The notes: generated by a model from the letters alone, not told the origin. Positions 1-9,352 are shown, counted from the first letter of the stretch. The stretch is 14,614 bases of DNA from Deltaproteobacteria bacterium (GCA_038150265.1 JAYOTF010000054.1:1-14614), one strand, 5' to 3'. Made by a program: numbers and translations.

Positions 1-194
1 GCAAAGCGCGGTGTGTCCTGAGGGGTGCTGATGACCAAGACCTCTCGGATGCCGGCCAGCATCAGCGTCGCCAATGGGTAGTAGACCATTGGCTTGTCAT
101 AAATGGGCACAAGCTGCTTGGAGATGGCTTGAGTTGCCGGGTACAGGCGAGTTCCGGACCCTCCCGCGAGGATGATGCCTTTACGCTGCTTCAT
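1..194 (-). CDS. rfbA: Glucose-1-phosphate thymidylyltransferase (5' part; runs off the window edge)
   Basis: Not in the ORF track. Manual translation from the ATG at 194 gives [64 protein letters not shown], the canonical RmlA/RfbA N-terminus. Confidence 0.97.
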   Translation of the reverse strand, partial: MKQRKGIILAGGSGTRLYPATQAISKQLVPIYDKPMVYYPLATLMLAGIREVLVISTPQDTPRF

Positions 195-222
195 ACAAAT
201 AAAAAACGAATGCCCAAGGAAG

Positions 223-1713
223 TCAGGATAGCCAACCGCGGGAACGGTCTACGGCCCGGGACCACTCCTGGAGTCGCTGCTGGGCCTGTTCTCGCTGAAG
301 TTGAGGGTGGAATTTGCGGTCTTCTGCCCACATTGACTGAATCTCTTGGGGATCCTTCCAGATGCCAACTCCCAGCCCTGCTAAAAATGCAGCTCCCATT
401 GCCGTTGTCTCAATGACTTGGGGACGTGTTACCGGCAAGCCAAGCAGGTCCGACTGAAACTGGCAGAGGAACCCGTTTGCCGAAGCACCGCCATCGATCC
501 GGAGCTCCTGAAGGGTCAGGCCCGTGTCTTCGGCCATGCCCTGCAAAATTTCAGCAGACTGAAAGGCAATGGCTTCAAGACCGGCTCGGACCAAGTGGTT
601 CCGGTTGCTGTCTCGGGTCAAGCCCACAATTGTTCCTCGTGCATAAGGATCCCAGTGGGGCGCCCCCAAACCGACGAAAGCCGGGACGATAAACACGCCC
701 CCCGAGTCTTCAACAGACAACGCCATTGCTTCCGTTTCTGAGGCATCGCTGAACAGGCCCAGGCCATCTCGTAGCCACTGCATCAAGGCACCAGCAATGA
801 AAACCGAGCCCTCCAGGGCATAGGTCACCTCGTCCCCAATCTGCCATCCAATCGTGGTCAGCAGCCCTTGCTGTGACGCCACTGGCTCGTTTCCGGTGTT
901 GAGCATCATGAAGCAACCGGTGCCATAGGTGTTTTTCGCCATGCCAGGAGTAAAGCAGGCTTGTCCAAACAGCGCGGCCTGTTGATCGCCAGCAATCCCC
1001 GCAATGGGAGCCGACCCGCCAAACAGGTCTGGCGCGACCTCAGCCAGCACTCCACTCGAAGGCCGAACCTCTGGAAGCGCTTCCCGTGGAATCCCAAAGC
1101 GAGTCAAGATTTCATCATCCCACGCACAGCGGTGGATGTCATACACAAGGGTCCGGGACGCGTTGGTGATGTCACAGAGGTGCTGTTTTCCTCCGGTCAG
1201 TTTCCAGATCAACCACGAATCAATGGTCCCGAAGCAGAGCCGCCCTGCGGTTGCCGCCTCTTGCACTGCCGGAAGGTTCTGCAGCATCCAGCGCATCTTC
1301 GTGCCTGAGAAGTACGCGTCAGTGACCAGCCCCGTTTTTTTCCGGAGGACGGTGTCGAAGCCTTCGGCTTTCAACTCGTCACAAAAAGCAGCCGTCCGGC
1401 GGCACTGCCAGTTGATCGCCGGGCCGAGGGCTGTTCCCGTTTGCCGATCCCAAGCGATGGTGCTTTCTCGCTGATTGGTGATGCCGATGGCAGCAATGTC
1501 GTTCATCGTAACGCCGGCTTGCTCCAGGGCTGCCTGAATCGTCTGGCGTTGACTCTCCCAGATGGCTTCCGGATCCTGCTCGACCCATCCGGATTGGGGA
1601 TAGTGGCACGCAACCGGGGTGCCCGCCATCGCAGCAACGGTCCCATCTTCTCGGAAGAGGATGGTGCGGGAACTGGTGGTTCCCTGATCCAATGCCATCA
1701 CCAACTTCGACAT
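223..1713 (-). CDS. glpK: Glycerol kinase
   Basis: Motifs [67 protein letters not shown] and GLGAPHW. SD GGAGG lies just upstream of the ATG. Confidence 0.97.
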   Translation of the reverse strand: MSKLVMALDQGTTSSRTILFREDGTVAAMAGTPVACHYPQSGWVEQDPEAIWESQRQTIQAALEQAGVTMNDIAAIGITNQRESTIAWDRQTGTALGPAINWQCRRTAAFCDELKAEGFDTVLRKKTGLVTDAYFSGTKMRWMLQNLPAVQEAATAGRLCFGTIDSWLIWKLTGGKQHLCDITNASRTLVYDIHRCAWDDEILTRFGIPREALPEVRPSSGVLAEVAPDLFGGSAPIAGIAGDQQAALFGQACFTPGMAKNTYGTGCFMMLNTGNEPVASQQGLLTTIGWQIGDEVTYALEGSVFIAGALMQWLRDGLGLFSDASETEAMALSVEDSGGVFIVPAFVGLGAPHWDPYARGTIVGLTRDSNRNHLVRAGLEAIAFQSAEILQGMAEDTGLTLQELRIDGGASANGFLCQFQSDLLGLPVTRPQVIETTAMGAAFLAGLGVGIWKDPQEIQSMWAEDRKFHPQLQREQAQQRLQEWSRAVDRSRGWLS

Positions 1714-1739
1714 CTTTCCTCCGTCAACAAAGGTCGGCG

Positions 1740-2705
1740 TCAGTAAACGCCTGCTCGTAAAATCGGGTAAATCTGAACAATCCCCAAGGGGCTCCGCTGC
1801 TCATCAGCCACCACCAGGCACGTGATCGAGTGCGTTTCCATGAGGTGCAAGGCCTTTGCGGCCAGCTCTTCTGGCGCAATCAGCTTGGGATTGTGCGACA
1901 TGAACTGGGCAAGCGGCAAGTCCAGAAAATTATTTTGGGTCTCCACCAGCCGCATCAGGTCTCCGGTGGTGAAGACCCCAGCAGCCTTGCCTTCCGAATC
2001 CAGGGCCACCACAATGCCCAGGTTCTTCTGAGACAGCACCCGCATCGCTTCTCGCATGGAAAGCGATTCCGGAACCGTAGGCAGGTGCTCCCCTTCGGTC
2101 ATGACGTCCCGGACGCGAATGGTCAGTTTGCGTCCCAAGCTGCCTCCGGGATGAAACAGCGCAAAGTCTTCCGCCCGGAATCCACGCTTTTCCAGCAGGC
2201 ACATGGCCAGAGCATCTCCTAGCGCCAAGGTCGCTGTGCTGCTCGCAGTAGGCGCCAGGTTCAGCGGACAGGCCTCGCGACTGACCGCCACATTCAGGTG
2301 AACCGTTGCCCCACGAGCCAGCGTGGAGTCCGGATTCCCGGTGATCGCAATCAGCGGCGCTCCGTACGCCTGAATGTGCCCCACCATCTGCACCACCTCT
2401 GCCGTTTCGCCACTGTACGAAAAGGCGAGCACGACATCGTGGCGACGGATGATCCCCAAATCGCCATGCGCGCTGTCTGCAGCATGCAAAAATAGGGCAG
2501 GCGTCCCCGTACTGCTGAGAGTTGCCGCAATTTTTTGGGCCACCAGGCCACTTTTCCCCAGCCCCGTCAAAATGACCTTGCCGGAGCATGCGAAGAGGAT
2601 GTCGACGGCCTGCTCCAGCTCGTCGCCCAGACGTTGCTGAAGCTCCAGCAACCCCTCAATTTCAATGCGCAGGGTTTCGCGTGCGCGTTCCAGAAGGTTG
2701 GACAT
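1740..2705 (-). CDS. kdsD: KpsF/GutQ/KdsD-family arabinose-5-phosphate isomerase (SIS + 2 CBS domains)
   Basis: Motifs GLGKSG, ATLSSTGTPA, HGDLG, SYSGET, EACPLNLAPTAS, GDALA and FHPGGSLG, followed by a C-terminal CBS pair. Confidence 0.9.
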   Translation of the reverse strand: MSNLLERARETLRIEIEGLLELQQRLGDELEQAVDILFACSGKVILTGLGKSGLVAQKIAATLSSTGTPALFLHAADSAHGDLGIIRRHDVVLAFSYSGETAEVVQMVGHIQAYGAPLIAITGNPDSTLARGATVHLNVAVSREACPLNLAPTASSTATLALGDALAMCLLEKRGFRAEDFALFHPGGSLGRKLTIRVRDVMTEGEHLPTVPESLSMREAMRVLSQKNLGIVVALDSEGKAAGVFTTGDLMRLVETQNNFLDLPLAQFMSHNPKLIAPEELAAKALHLMETHSITCLVVADEQRSPLGIVQIYPILRAGVY

Positions 2706-2752
2706 GGGCCTGGTTACCTGTTGCCACCTTCAGTTTTTGCCAAACGCATCGC

Positions 2753-3883
2753 TCAACCGTAGAGGATGCCCTGTTTTTTGAAGTGCCGGAGGGTCGCGGA
2801 ATCCCGCAGGTCCCCAGACTTCAAAATAATGGCATCCGTGTGGTGCGAGCCACTTTTGCTCGGAAGCGTTCCACCAACCGCCAAACGGTATGGAGGAATG
2901 ACCGGAATGAGGAAGGTCTCGTCTCCGACCACGCACTCCAGTGGGGTGACCAACTCTCCGGTGTCTTCATCAAAGATCCGCTTGCCCGAGGCCATCACAA
3001 CGCCGCTGGCGACAATGGAGCCTTCGCCGATGATGCCACAGACCTCGCACATGGCTCCGATTTTGGCATGGTCTTCCACGATGGAGGCCAAGCGCCCCGC
3101 CGGTTCCAGGATGCCTTCAATGCCTGAGCCGGCACCAAACTTTACGCCTTTGCCGATCTGGGCGCAAGACGCCACCCGAGTGCCTCCGTCAATCATGCAG
3201 CCTCCCCCAGCGATGTACGCACCGATGTTGATGAAGGCCTGGTTCATGACCACCGTCTGAGGCCCAATGTACGCCCCCGTCCGGACCATGGCTCCCGGAG
3301 CGTAGCGGACGCCTCCCTGCTCAAACATCTCCGCCGTGTAATTGCTGGTCTTCAGCGGGATCTTGTCGTAATACCCACCTTCCATCACCACATTCGGATG
3401 CGTCCCAAAGTAGTTGAGCACCCCATCAATCGTGTAGGTTTGCGGCTCCCAGACGCCCTTGACCTTCTCCGCCGCCCGAACCTTCCCCTCGTTGAGGAAC
3501 TCAATAAACGAATCACACTCTTCCCGAGAGGCCTTGCGCTGCGCGATCACCTCCAGCAGATTGGGAAAGGCGCTTTCCACTCGCTCCACCCGCAACGCAT
3601 CGGTGTTGCGAAGGCCCAAAAGCATCTCAATCTTCTGGTGACGTCCCGGACTCTGGCGTGCGCTTTCGACGTACTCGCCAAAAATGCGGAGCGCCTCCTG
3701 GGCCGCCGCAAAGTCGAAACGCCCCTGATCATCAGCCAAGTGGTGAAACACCCGCAGGGGTCCACAACGGCCGGGAAGGTTGGGAAGAAGGGCCACCAAC
3801 TCATCCTTGGCATCATACACGCGCAACAGGACAACGTTGGGCGCTTCCGGGATCGTTTTGAGGTTCTCTTCGAACGTGCTCAT
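2753..3883 (-). CDS. dapD: DUF2322-like domain fused to tetrahydrodipicolinate N-succinyltransferase (DapD-like)
   Basis: The C-terminal ~270 aa align by eye with E. coli-type DapD (GKVRAAEK, YYDKIPLK, VRTGAYI, INIGAYI, SCAQIGK, LEP, IFDEDTGE, GTLPSKSG). The N-terminal ~100 aa resemble DUF2322. Start moved from 3916 to the ATG at 3883 (MSTFEENL). Confidence 0.8.
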   Translation of the reverse strand: MSTFEENLKTIPEAPNVVLLRVYDAKDELVALLPNLPGRCGPLRVFHHLADDQGRFDFAAAQEALRIFGEYVESARQSPGRHQKIEMLLGLRNTDALRVERVESAFPNLLEVIAQRKASREECDSFIEFLNEGKVRAAEKVKGVWEPQTYTIDGVLNYFGTHPNVVMEGGYYDKIPLKTSNYTAEMFEQGGVRYAPGAMVRTGAYIGPQTVVMNQAFINIGAYIAGGGCMIDGGTRVASCAQIGKGVKFGAGSGIEGILEPAGRLASIVEDHAKIGAMCEVCGIIGEGSIVASGVVMASGKRIFDEDTGELVTPLECVVGDETFLIPVIPPYRLAVGGTLPSKSGSHHTDAIILKSGDLRDSATLRHFKKQGILYG

Positions 3884-3929
3884 GGACTCAAGAGGAAGAG
3901 TGTTGCAAGCAGGCAACCGCCTGCCCAGG

Positions 3930-5300
3930 TTAAAAATGCTTCAGCGGAGCCTTCCCCAGTGGAAAGACGTTGAAGCCCATTTCAAATAACGTCTGATGAT
4001 CGAGGTGATTGCGACCATCAAACAGAAACGCAGGCTGGGTCATTGAGTCCAGAATCCGGGCAAAATCAAGATCCCGATACTCACGCCACTGAGTGACCAG
4101 GGCAATCGCCGCAGCTCCCTCGCACGCGTCATAAACATCTTCACAAAACGCAATGTCGCCTTCCATTGTGGCCAGATCCTCCTGCGCATGCTCCGCCGCT
4201 TTCGGGTCGTGAATGCGAACCACTGCATGCTCGCCCAGCAGTTTTTGGCACAGCGGAATTGCAGGGGAATCCCGGGTGTCTCCGGTATCCGGCTTGAAGG
4301 CAAATCCCAGGACCGCGATCTTCTTCCCAGCGAGGGTGTTGAACTGTTCGTGAAGGATCTTCTGGAAGAACCGATCGGTCTGCCACTCATTGATCCGGAC
4401 CACACTCGCCCAGTAGTCGGCGACCTCCGGAAGGCCATAAAACTCGCAGAGGTAAGACAGGTGCAGGATGTCTTTCCGGAAGCAGGACCCGCCAAACCCA
4501 ACGCTCGCCTCCAGGAACTTGGCTCCAATGCGGGAGTCGGCACCAATCGCCCGGGAGATTTCAGAAACGTTGGCTTCCGTCTGCTCGCAGAGGGCAGAGA
4601 TGGAGTTGATGGATGAAATCCGCTGAGCCAGCATCGCGTTGGCCACCAGCTTTGAAAGCTCACTGCTCCAGACATTCGTCAGCAGGATGCGCTCCCGGGG
4701 CACCCAGTGGGCGTAAAGGCTGGCAATCGTCTCCGCGGCCTTGCGTCCGGAGTCGGTCTCGGTGCCTCCAATCAGCACCCGGTCCGGATGGGCCAGGTCG
4801 GCCATGGCCGTGCCTTCGGCGAGGAACTCGGGGTTGGAGACCACATCAAACCGTGTGGTGGAGCTTCCGGATTTGAGAATCTGCGCCATCGCCTCCGCCG
4901 TCCGGACGGGCAGCGTGCTCTTCTCCACCACGACGACTTCCGGACGCCGGGCATGCTTCAGGATGTCCCGAGCCGTTTTTTCCCAATACTGCAGATCCGC
5001 CGCTTTTCCAGCCCCCTCGCCAAATTCCTTGGTCGGCGTGTTGACCGAGACGAAGAGGATGTCCGCTTCAGCAATGGCCTGGGGGATGTCGGTGCTGAAG
5101 AACAGGTTGCGGCCACGGGCTTCCTGAACCACTTCCAGAAGGCCGGGCTCATAAATGGGGAGGTCGTCTGTGTTCCAACGGTCGATGCGGGCTTGATTCA
5201 GGTCCACAACGGTGACCTGGTGCTCGGGGCAATGCTTCGCAATAGCCGCCATGGTGGGACCACCGACGTATCCGGCGCCGATGCAGGTAATGTTTGCCAT
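3930..5300 (-). CDS. ugd: UDP-glucose 6-dehydrogenase
   Basis: Rossmann motif IGAGYVGGPT, plus VEKSTLPV, SNPEFLAEG, SSELSKL, catalytic GFGGSCF, GFAFKPDTGDTRDSP and FDGRN. Confidence 0.96.
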   Translation of the reverse strand: MANITCIGAGYVGGPTMAAIAKHCPEHQVTVVDLNQARIDRWNTDDLPIYEPGLLEVVQEARGRNLFFSTDIPQAIAEADILFVSVNTPTKEFGEGAGKAADLQYWEKTARDILKHARRPEVVVVEKSTLPVRTAEAMAQILKSGSSTTRFDVVSNPEFLAEGTAMADLAHPDRVLIGGTETDSGRKAAETIASLYAHWVPRERILLTNVWSSELSKLVANAMLAQRISSINSISALCEQTEANVSEISRAIGADSRIGAKFLEASVGFGGSCFRKDILHLSYLCEFYGLPEVADYWASVVRINEWQTDRFFQKILHEQFNTLAGKKIAVLGFAFKPDTGDTRDSPAIPLCQKLLGEHAVVRIHDPKAAEHAQEDLATMEGDIAFCEDVYDACEGAAAIALVTQWREYRDLDFARILDSMTQPAFLFDGRNHLDHQTLFEMGFNVFPLGKAPLKHF

Positions 5301-5349
5301 GATTCTTTAGAGAAGAGTGAAAGGATGTCGCCGATCAGACCAACCGCGT

Positions 5350-5411
5350 TGGCCCCACCAGCTCCTCCCCAGGTGCTGGTGCCAGGTTCATCAAGGGCTT
5401 CAGAAGAAGCC
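5350..5411. other. Two stem-loops in the gpmI-ugd intergenic region
   Basis: CACCAGC(5356-62)/GCTGGTG(5375-81) with inner CCT/AGG, and GGCTTC-AGAA-GAAGCC (5396-5411). No U-tract, so more likely mRNA processing or stability hairpins than a terminator. Confidence 0.4.
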
Positions 5412-5415
5412 GGTT

Positions 5416-7050
5416 TCAGTCCGCAAAGAGCGGAGGTGCAATGTCACCCGGAATCGTTTGTCCCAGCAACACAAACTCGGTCGCAGCCACGTGACTCAGG
5501 TTGTTGTTGTGCTCCGGACCATACGACTTGAGCTTCCACGATCCGTCATACTGCGGATCAAAGATGACCAGCGGGACCGGATTCAAGGAGTGCTTGGTGC
5601 TGGGCTCCCACTCGCCCTTCTTGTTCTTGACCTTCATCTCATCCGCATTGCCGTGATCAGCGGTCACCAGCATCACGCCGTTCAGGCTCCGGACGGTTTC
5701 CATGAGCTTCCCGAGGCACTCGTCCACCACCTCCACAGCCGTCGTGGCGGCTTCCAGGTTTCCGGAGTGCCCCACCATGTCCGGGTTGGCAAAATTGATC
5801 AGCCCAAACTGGTAGTCGCCCGTGGCCAGCATGGCCCTCCCCCGCTCCGTGATCTCACGAGCCTTCATGGCCGGCTTTTCGGCAAACGAGCGGACGCGGT
5901 CGGACTCAATGAGGTGGTACTCCTCAAGCGCCGGATCCAGTGGTTCGCGACGTCCACCGTTGTAGAAGAAGGTCACGTGCGCAAATTTCTGGGTCTCGGT
6001 CAAGCGAAACTGCTTGAGGCCGAGTTCCAAGATGCGACGTCCAAACGGGTTCTCAACAGACGCCGTCCCGACCAGGTAATCCTTGGGAAACGCGTTGTCC
6101 TGGTCATACTGCGCCATCCCGGCAAACACCACCTCCGGGCGGGTACGCTCAAAGCCGGTGAAGTCTTCCTGCAGCAACGCCTCCGTAAACTCAATGGCGC
6201 GGTCGGCCCGGAAGTTGGTGAAAATCACCGAATGCCCGCTTTCAATCGGTCCAACGGGACGTCCCTCACGCGTGATCACAAACTCCGGAAGGTCCTGGTC
6301 CACCAAGTCGGGCTGCTGACTCCGAAAGAACGCAATGGCCTCACCGATGCTGGGAAATTGATGCTCGGCTTCCCCCAGAACATGAACCTTCCAACCCGCC
6401 TCCACCTTGGCCCAGTTCTGATCGCGGTCCATGGTAATCACCTCACGTCCGCCCCCACTGGCAAACGCATAATCAATGCCGGGCCTTTGCTCCTTGAGAC
6501 GGGCAAAGACCTGCTCCAGTTGATCCGTGTAGTCTGTTGCCGACTGCACGGGGACGTCTCGGCCGTCCAGCAAGGCGTGGACGTAGCAGCGCTTGATGCC
6601 CGAGCGGAAGGCGTGCTCAATCAGAGCAATCGTGTGGTCGATGTGGCTGTGGATGTTCCCGTCAGACAGCAGGCCAATCAGGTGCAGCGGGACTTCGTGC
6701 TCCACGCAGTTCTGGGTGAGCCGAACCAGCACCTCGTTTTCAAAGAAGGCACCGGACCGGATCAGGTTCTGAATCAGGGTCGGGCCCTGGTCCTTGACCT
6801 CTCCAGCGCCCATGGTCATGTGTCCGACTTCCGAGCCGCCCAGGTCCTTCTCCCCCGGAAGCCCCACGTACTGTCCATGGGTCCAGAGTTGAGTGTAAGG
6901 CGATTGCGTCCGGAGTTGGTTCCAGTGAGGAAGGGTGGCACGGTGGATGGCATTGAAGCCATCTTCGCGCCCGATGCCCCAGCCGTCCAGGACCACGTGC
7001 AACAGGGGGCCACGTCCGCGAAACTGCTCAGCAAGTGCTTTGGGGTTCAT
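5416..7050 (-). CDS. gpmI: 2,3-bisphosphoglycerate-independent phosphoglycerate mutase
   Basis: Motifs VLDGWG, SEVGH (phospho-Ser), SDGNIHSH, LDGRD, NFRADR, ETQKFAHVTFFYNG, NFANPDMVGH and TADHGNAD. Confidence 0.96.
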   Translation of the reverse strand: MNPKALAEQFRGRGPLLHVVLDGWGIGREDGFNAIHRATLPHWNQLRTQSPYTQLWTHGQYVGLPGEKDLGGSEVGHMTMGAGEVKDQGPTLIQNLIRSGAFFENEVLVRLTQNCVEHEVPLHLIGLLSDGNIHSHIDHTIALIEHAFRSGIKRCYVHALLDGRDVPVQSATDYTDQLEQVFARLKEQRPGIDYAFASGGGREVITMDRDQNWAKVEAGWKVHVLGEAEHQFPSIGEAIAFFRSQQPDLVDQDLPEFVITREGRPVGPIESGHSVIFTNFRADRAIEFTEALLQEDFTGFERTRPEVVFAGMAQYDQDNAFPKDYLVGTASVENPFGRRILELGLKQFRLTETQKFAHVTFFYNGGRREPLDPALEEYHLIESDRVRSFAEKPAMKAREITERGRAMLATGDYQFGLINFANPDMVGHSGNLEAATTAVEVVDECLGKLMETVRSLNGVMLVTADHGNADEMKVKNKKGEWEPSTKHSLNPVPLVIFDPQYDGSWKLKSYGPEHNNNLSHVAATEFVLLGQTIPGDIAPPLFAD

Positions 7051-7062
7051 GATTCTCTATGG

Positions 7063-7797
7063 TTATTCGACACGCAGGAGGCAGTCTGAGGGAAGCTGTT
7101 CCGTCAAGCGGAGGGTCGCTTCCTCCAGTTCCTCCAAGCTGCGGGACTCAAGGGTCAGTTTGAGGGAGTAGTCTTTGTTCCAAAGGGCGGGATAGGAGCC
7201 CAGCATCAGGCTGGGGTAAGCCGCCACCACCGCGTCCAGAGCATCGGCAACACGTCCCTCTTCCACATTGAGGAACAGCTGTTTCAGGTAGATGGGAGCG
7301 GTCCGGAAGCGTTCCTTGAGGGCAGAGAACCGCTGCTTGAGCAGCTCCGGAACCCCGGGAAAGACGAAGATGTTGTGGAAGAGAAGCTGCGGCGAACGCA
7401 TGGACGGCAGCTCCAGAAGCTCGGCCCCCTCCGGAATGCGGGCCATGCGGAGGTGAGCCGCGTTGGTCTGGTCTCCGTAGTAACTCCGGACCAAATGTTC
7501 CATCGCCGGTGAAACCTGCACCTCGGCGCCATGAGCCGCGGCAACGCCTTCGATGGTGACATCATCATGAGTCGGACCAATGCCGCCACTGGTAAAGACC
7601 CAGTCGCAGCTGTCTGAAAGCGCCCGCGTGTGCTCAGCGATCACCTCAACCTCATCCGGAACCGTCACAATGCGACGAACCTCTACCCCGAGGAAGCGTA
7701 ACTCCCTGCACAGGTAGGGCGAGTTGCAGTCCTGCACCTTTCCGGAAAGGACTTCGTTGCCAATGATGAGGATGCCTGCCGTGACCGGAGTGTCCAT
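7063..7797 (-). CDS. CinA N-terminal-like molybdopterin-binding-fold protein (probable ADP-ribose/FAD pyrophosphatase); no PncC domain
   Basis: Motifs IIGNEVLSGKVQDCN, VPDE, TSGGIGPTHDDVT, MARIPEGA and FPGVP, then a C-terminal alpha/beta extension with LGSYP. Confidence 0.85.
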   Translation of the reverse strand: MDTPVTAGILIIGNEVLSGKVQDCNSPYLCRELRFLGVEVRRIVTVPDEVEVIAEHTRALSDSCDWVFTSGGIGPTHDDVTIEGVAAAHGAEVQVSPAMEHLVRSYYGDQTNAAHLRMARIPEGAELLELPSMRSPQLLFHNIFVFPGVPELLKQRFSALKERFRTAPIYLKQLFLNVEEGRVADALDAVVAAYPSLMLGSYPALWNKDYSLKLTLESRSLEELEEATLRLTEQLPSDCLLRVE

Positions 7798-7815
7798 GGG
7801 AGAACCGACCAGAGG

Positions 7816-9165
7816 TTACTCGACGCGCTGAATGACATGAAAGCCGAAGGGCGTCTCCACCACGCCACTGACCTCTCCGGGCTTGAGCAGGAACGCTGCG
7901 TCTTCAAATTCCGGGACCATCTGCCCACGTGGGAAGCGTCCCAGCATGCCTCCTTGCGGAGCAGAAGGCCCATCGGAGTTGCTCTTGGCCAACTCCTCAA
8001 AGTTTTCTCCCCCCTGGGCCCGCTTGACGAGGTCCTGCGCCAGCGCCATGGCTTCATCCCGAGAGCGCGTCTGGGTGGCACGTGCCGCCCCCTGGTACTG
8101 AATGAGGATGTGCCGGGCCGTGATCAGCTCCAGCGGTATGCGGTGGAAGACGATGTAGCCAAAGGGCGTGTCCACCGGGTCGCTGATCTGCCCCTCCTTG
8201 AGGGTAAACACCGACTGGAAGAAGGGGGGAAGCTGAGGATCCTGACGAGCCAGCATCGGCAACTTGGGTTGTTCCGGAAGGTCCGTCAGCTCCTGAGACA
8301 GCTCCGCAAAGTTGACCCCTTCGCGACGGGCCAGATCCGCGATCTGCCCTGCGACATCCGCGGCCTCTTCTTTGGAGTAGTAAAGGTTCTGCCGGGGAGA
8401 ACGCGACCCCTGGTAGGCAATGACCAGCAGCTCCAGCGCCACCTCATCCACCTGCGGCTGCCCAGAAGCCGGAACCTTGGCCGGGTCGAGGTCGGCAGTC
8501 ACTTCCGGCAACGTTTTCTTGTTCTTTTCTGCGAGCTTGCGCATGGCGGCAACCGCCTCAGCTTCAACCGCAGTGGGGTCAAAGGCCTTTGCCTGATCGC
8601 CCACCGGCTCGATGGTCACCTTGTTGATGAGGTCCCCCTGCGCAATGGCGTTCACAACGTCCATGCCCTCGGCAACTTCCCCAAACACCGAGTGCTTGCC
8701 GTCGAGCCAGGGCGTTGGGACATGCGTGATGAAGAACTGGCTGCCGTTCGTGTTCGGACCGGCATTGGCCATGGAGAGCACACCAGGCTTGTCGTGCTTG
8801 AGAGCCGGGACAATTTCGTCAGCAAACTGGTACCCGGGGCCTCCGGAGCCGTTGCCCAACGGGTCCCCGCCCTGAATCATGAAGTTGTCAATCACGCGGT
8901 GGAAGCTCAGGCCATCATAAAAGTGGCTGGTCCGGGGCTCCTTGGTGATGGGGTCCTTCCACTCCTTGGAGCCAGACGCCAGCCCCACAAAATTGGCGAC
9001 GGTCTGAGGAACCTGCTGGTAGAACAGGCGAAGCACAATGGTGCCCTTGCTCGTCTCCATCCGGGCATAGAGGCCATCAGGAAGAGCAGCTCCGACCGGT
9101 CCGGCAGCAAGCAGCGACAGGGTCAGAAGGACAAAAGGGATCAAGAAGGAACGCAACCGAAACAT
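7816..9165 (-). CDS. Exported peptidyl-prolyl isomerase: signal peptide + cyclophilin + two parvulin domains
   Basis: Start refined to the ATG at 9165, which gives the signal peptide [26 protein letters not shown]. Cyclophilin motifs: [41 protein letters not shown]. Parvulin motifs: ARHILI...GGMLG...[10 protein letters not shown]...[10 protein letters not shown] degenerate parvulin lies between them. Confidence 0.92.
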   Translation of the reverse strand: MFRLRSFLIPFVLLTLSLLAAGPVGAALPDGLYARMETSKGTIVLRLFYQQVPQTVANFVGLASGSKEWKDPITKEPRTSHFYDGLSFHRVIDNFMIQGGDPLGNGSGGPGYQFADEIVPALKHDKPGVLSMANAGPNTNGSQFFITHVPTPWLDGKHSVFGEVAEGMDVVNAIAQGDLINKVTIEPVGDQAKAFDPTAVEAEAVAAMRKLAEKNKKTLPEVTADLDPAKVPASGQPQVDEVALELLVIAYQGSRSPRQNLYYSKEEAADVAGQIADLARREGVNFAELSQELTDLPEQPKLPMLARQDPQLPPFFQSVFTLKEGQISDPVDTPFGYIVFHRIPLELITARHILIQYQGAARATQTRSRDEAMALAQDLVKRAQGGENFEELAKSNSDGPSAPQGGMLGRFPRGQMVPEFEDAAFLLKPGEVSGVVETPFGFHVIQRVE

Positions 9166-9323
9166 GAGCGATGAGGAGACGGGGGTGTCGAAGGGGTGGA
9201 GGGGTTGCCCAGGTTGAGCAAAAAGTCCCTGAGAGCCAAGCGCGACATCAGAGTCGGAATTCAGCAAGGTGCAGAGCAGGCTAGGTTGAGCAAGGTTCCA
9301 CAAGAAACGTTGAGGAATTTCCT

Positions 9324-9352
9324 ACCATAAGCAGCCTTGCCTGATCACACAA
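9324..9352 (-). promoter_or_regulatory. Candidate sigma70 promoter for the PPIase-rfbA gene run
   Basis: Minus strand TTGTGT-17 nt-TATGGT, located between the terminator and the PPIase start. Confidence 0.35.

Noticed and set aside
5317..7089. 590-aa plus-strand ORF
   Set aside because: Antisense shadow of gpmI caused by high-GC codon bias. It has no motifs and an R/H/G-rich composition.
7063..7797. Truncated cinA pseudogene
   Set aside because: The ORF is intact, and stand-alone CinA-N/MocF-like proteins without PncC are a known architecture.
9166..9303. 46-aa N-terminal extension of the PPIase ORF
   Set aside because: It would bury a clear signal peptide that begins at the ATG at 9165. 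More likely 5' UTR.
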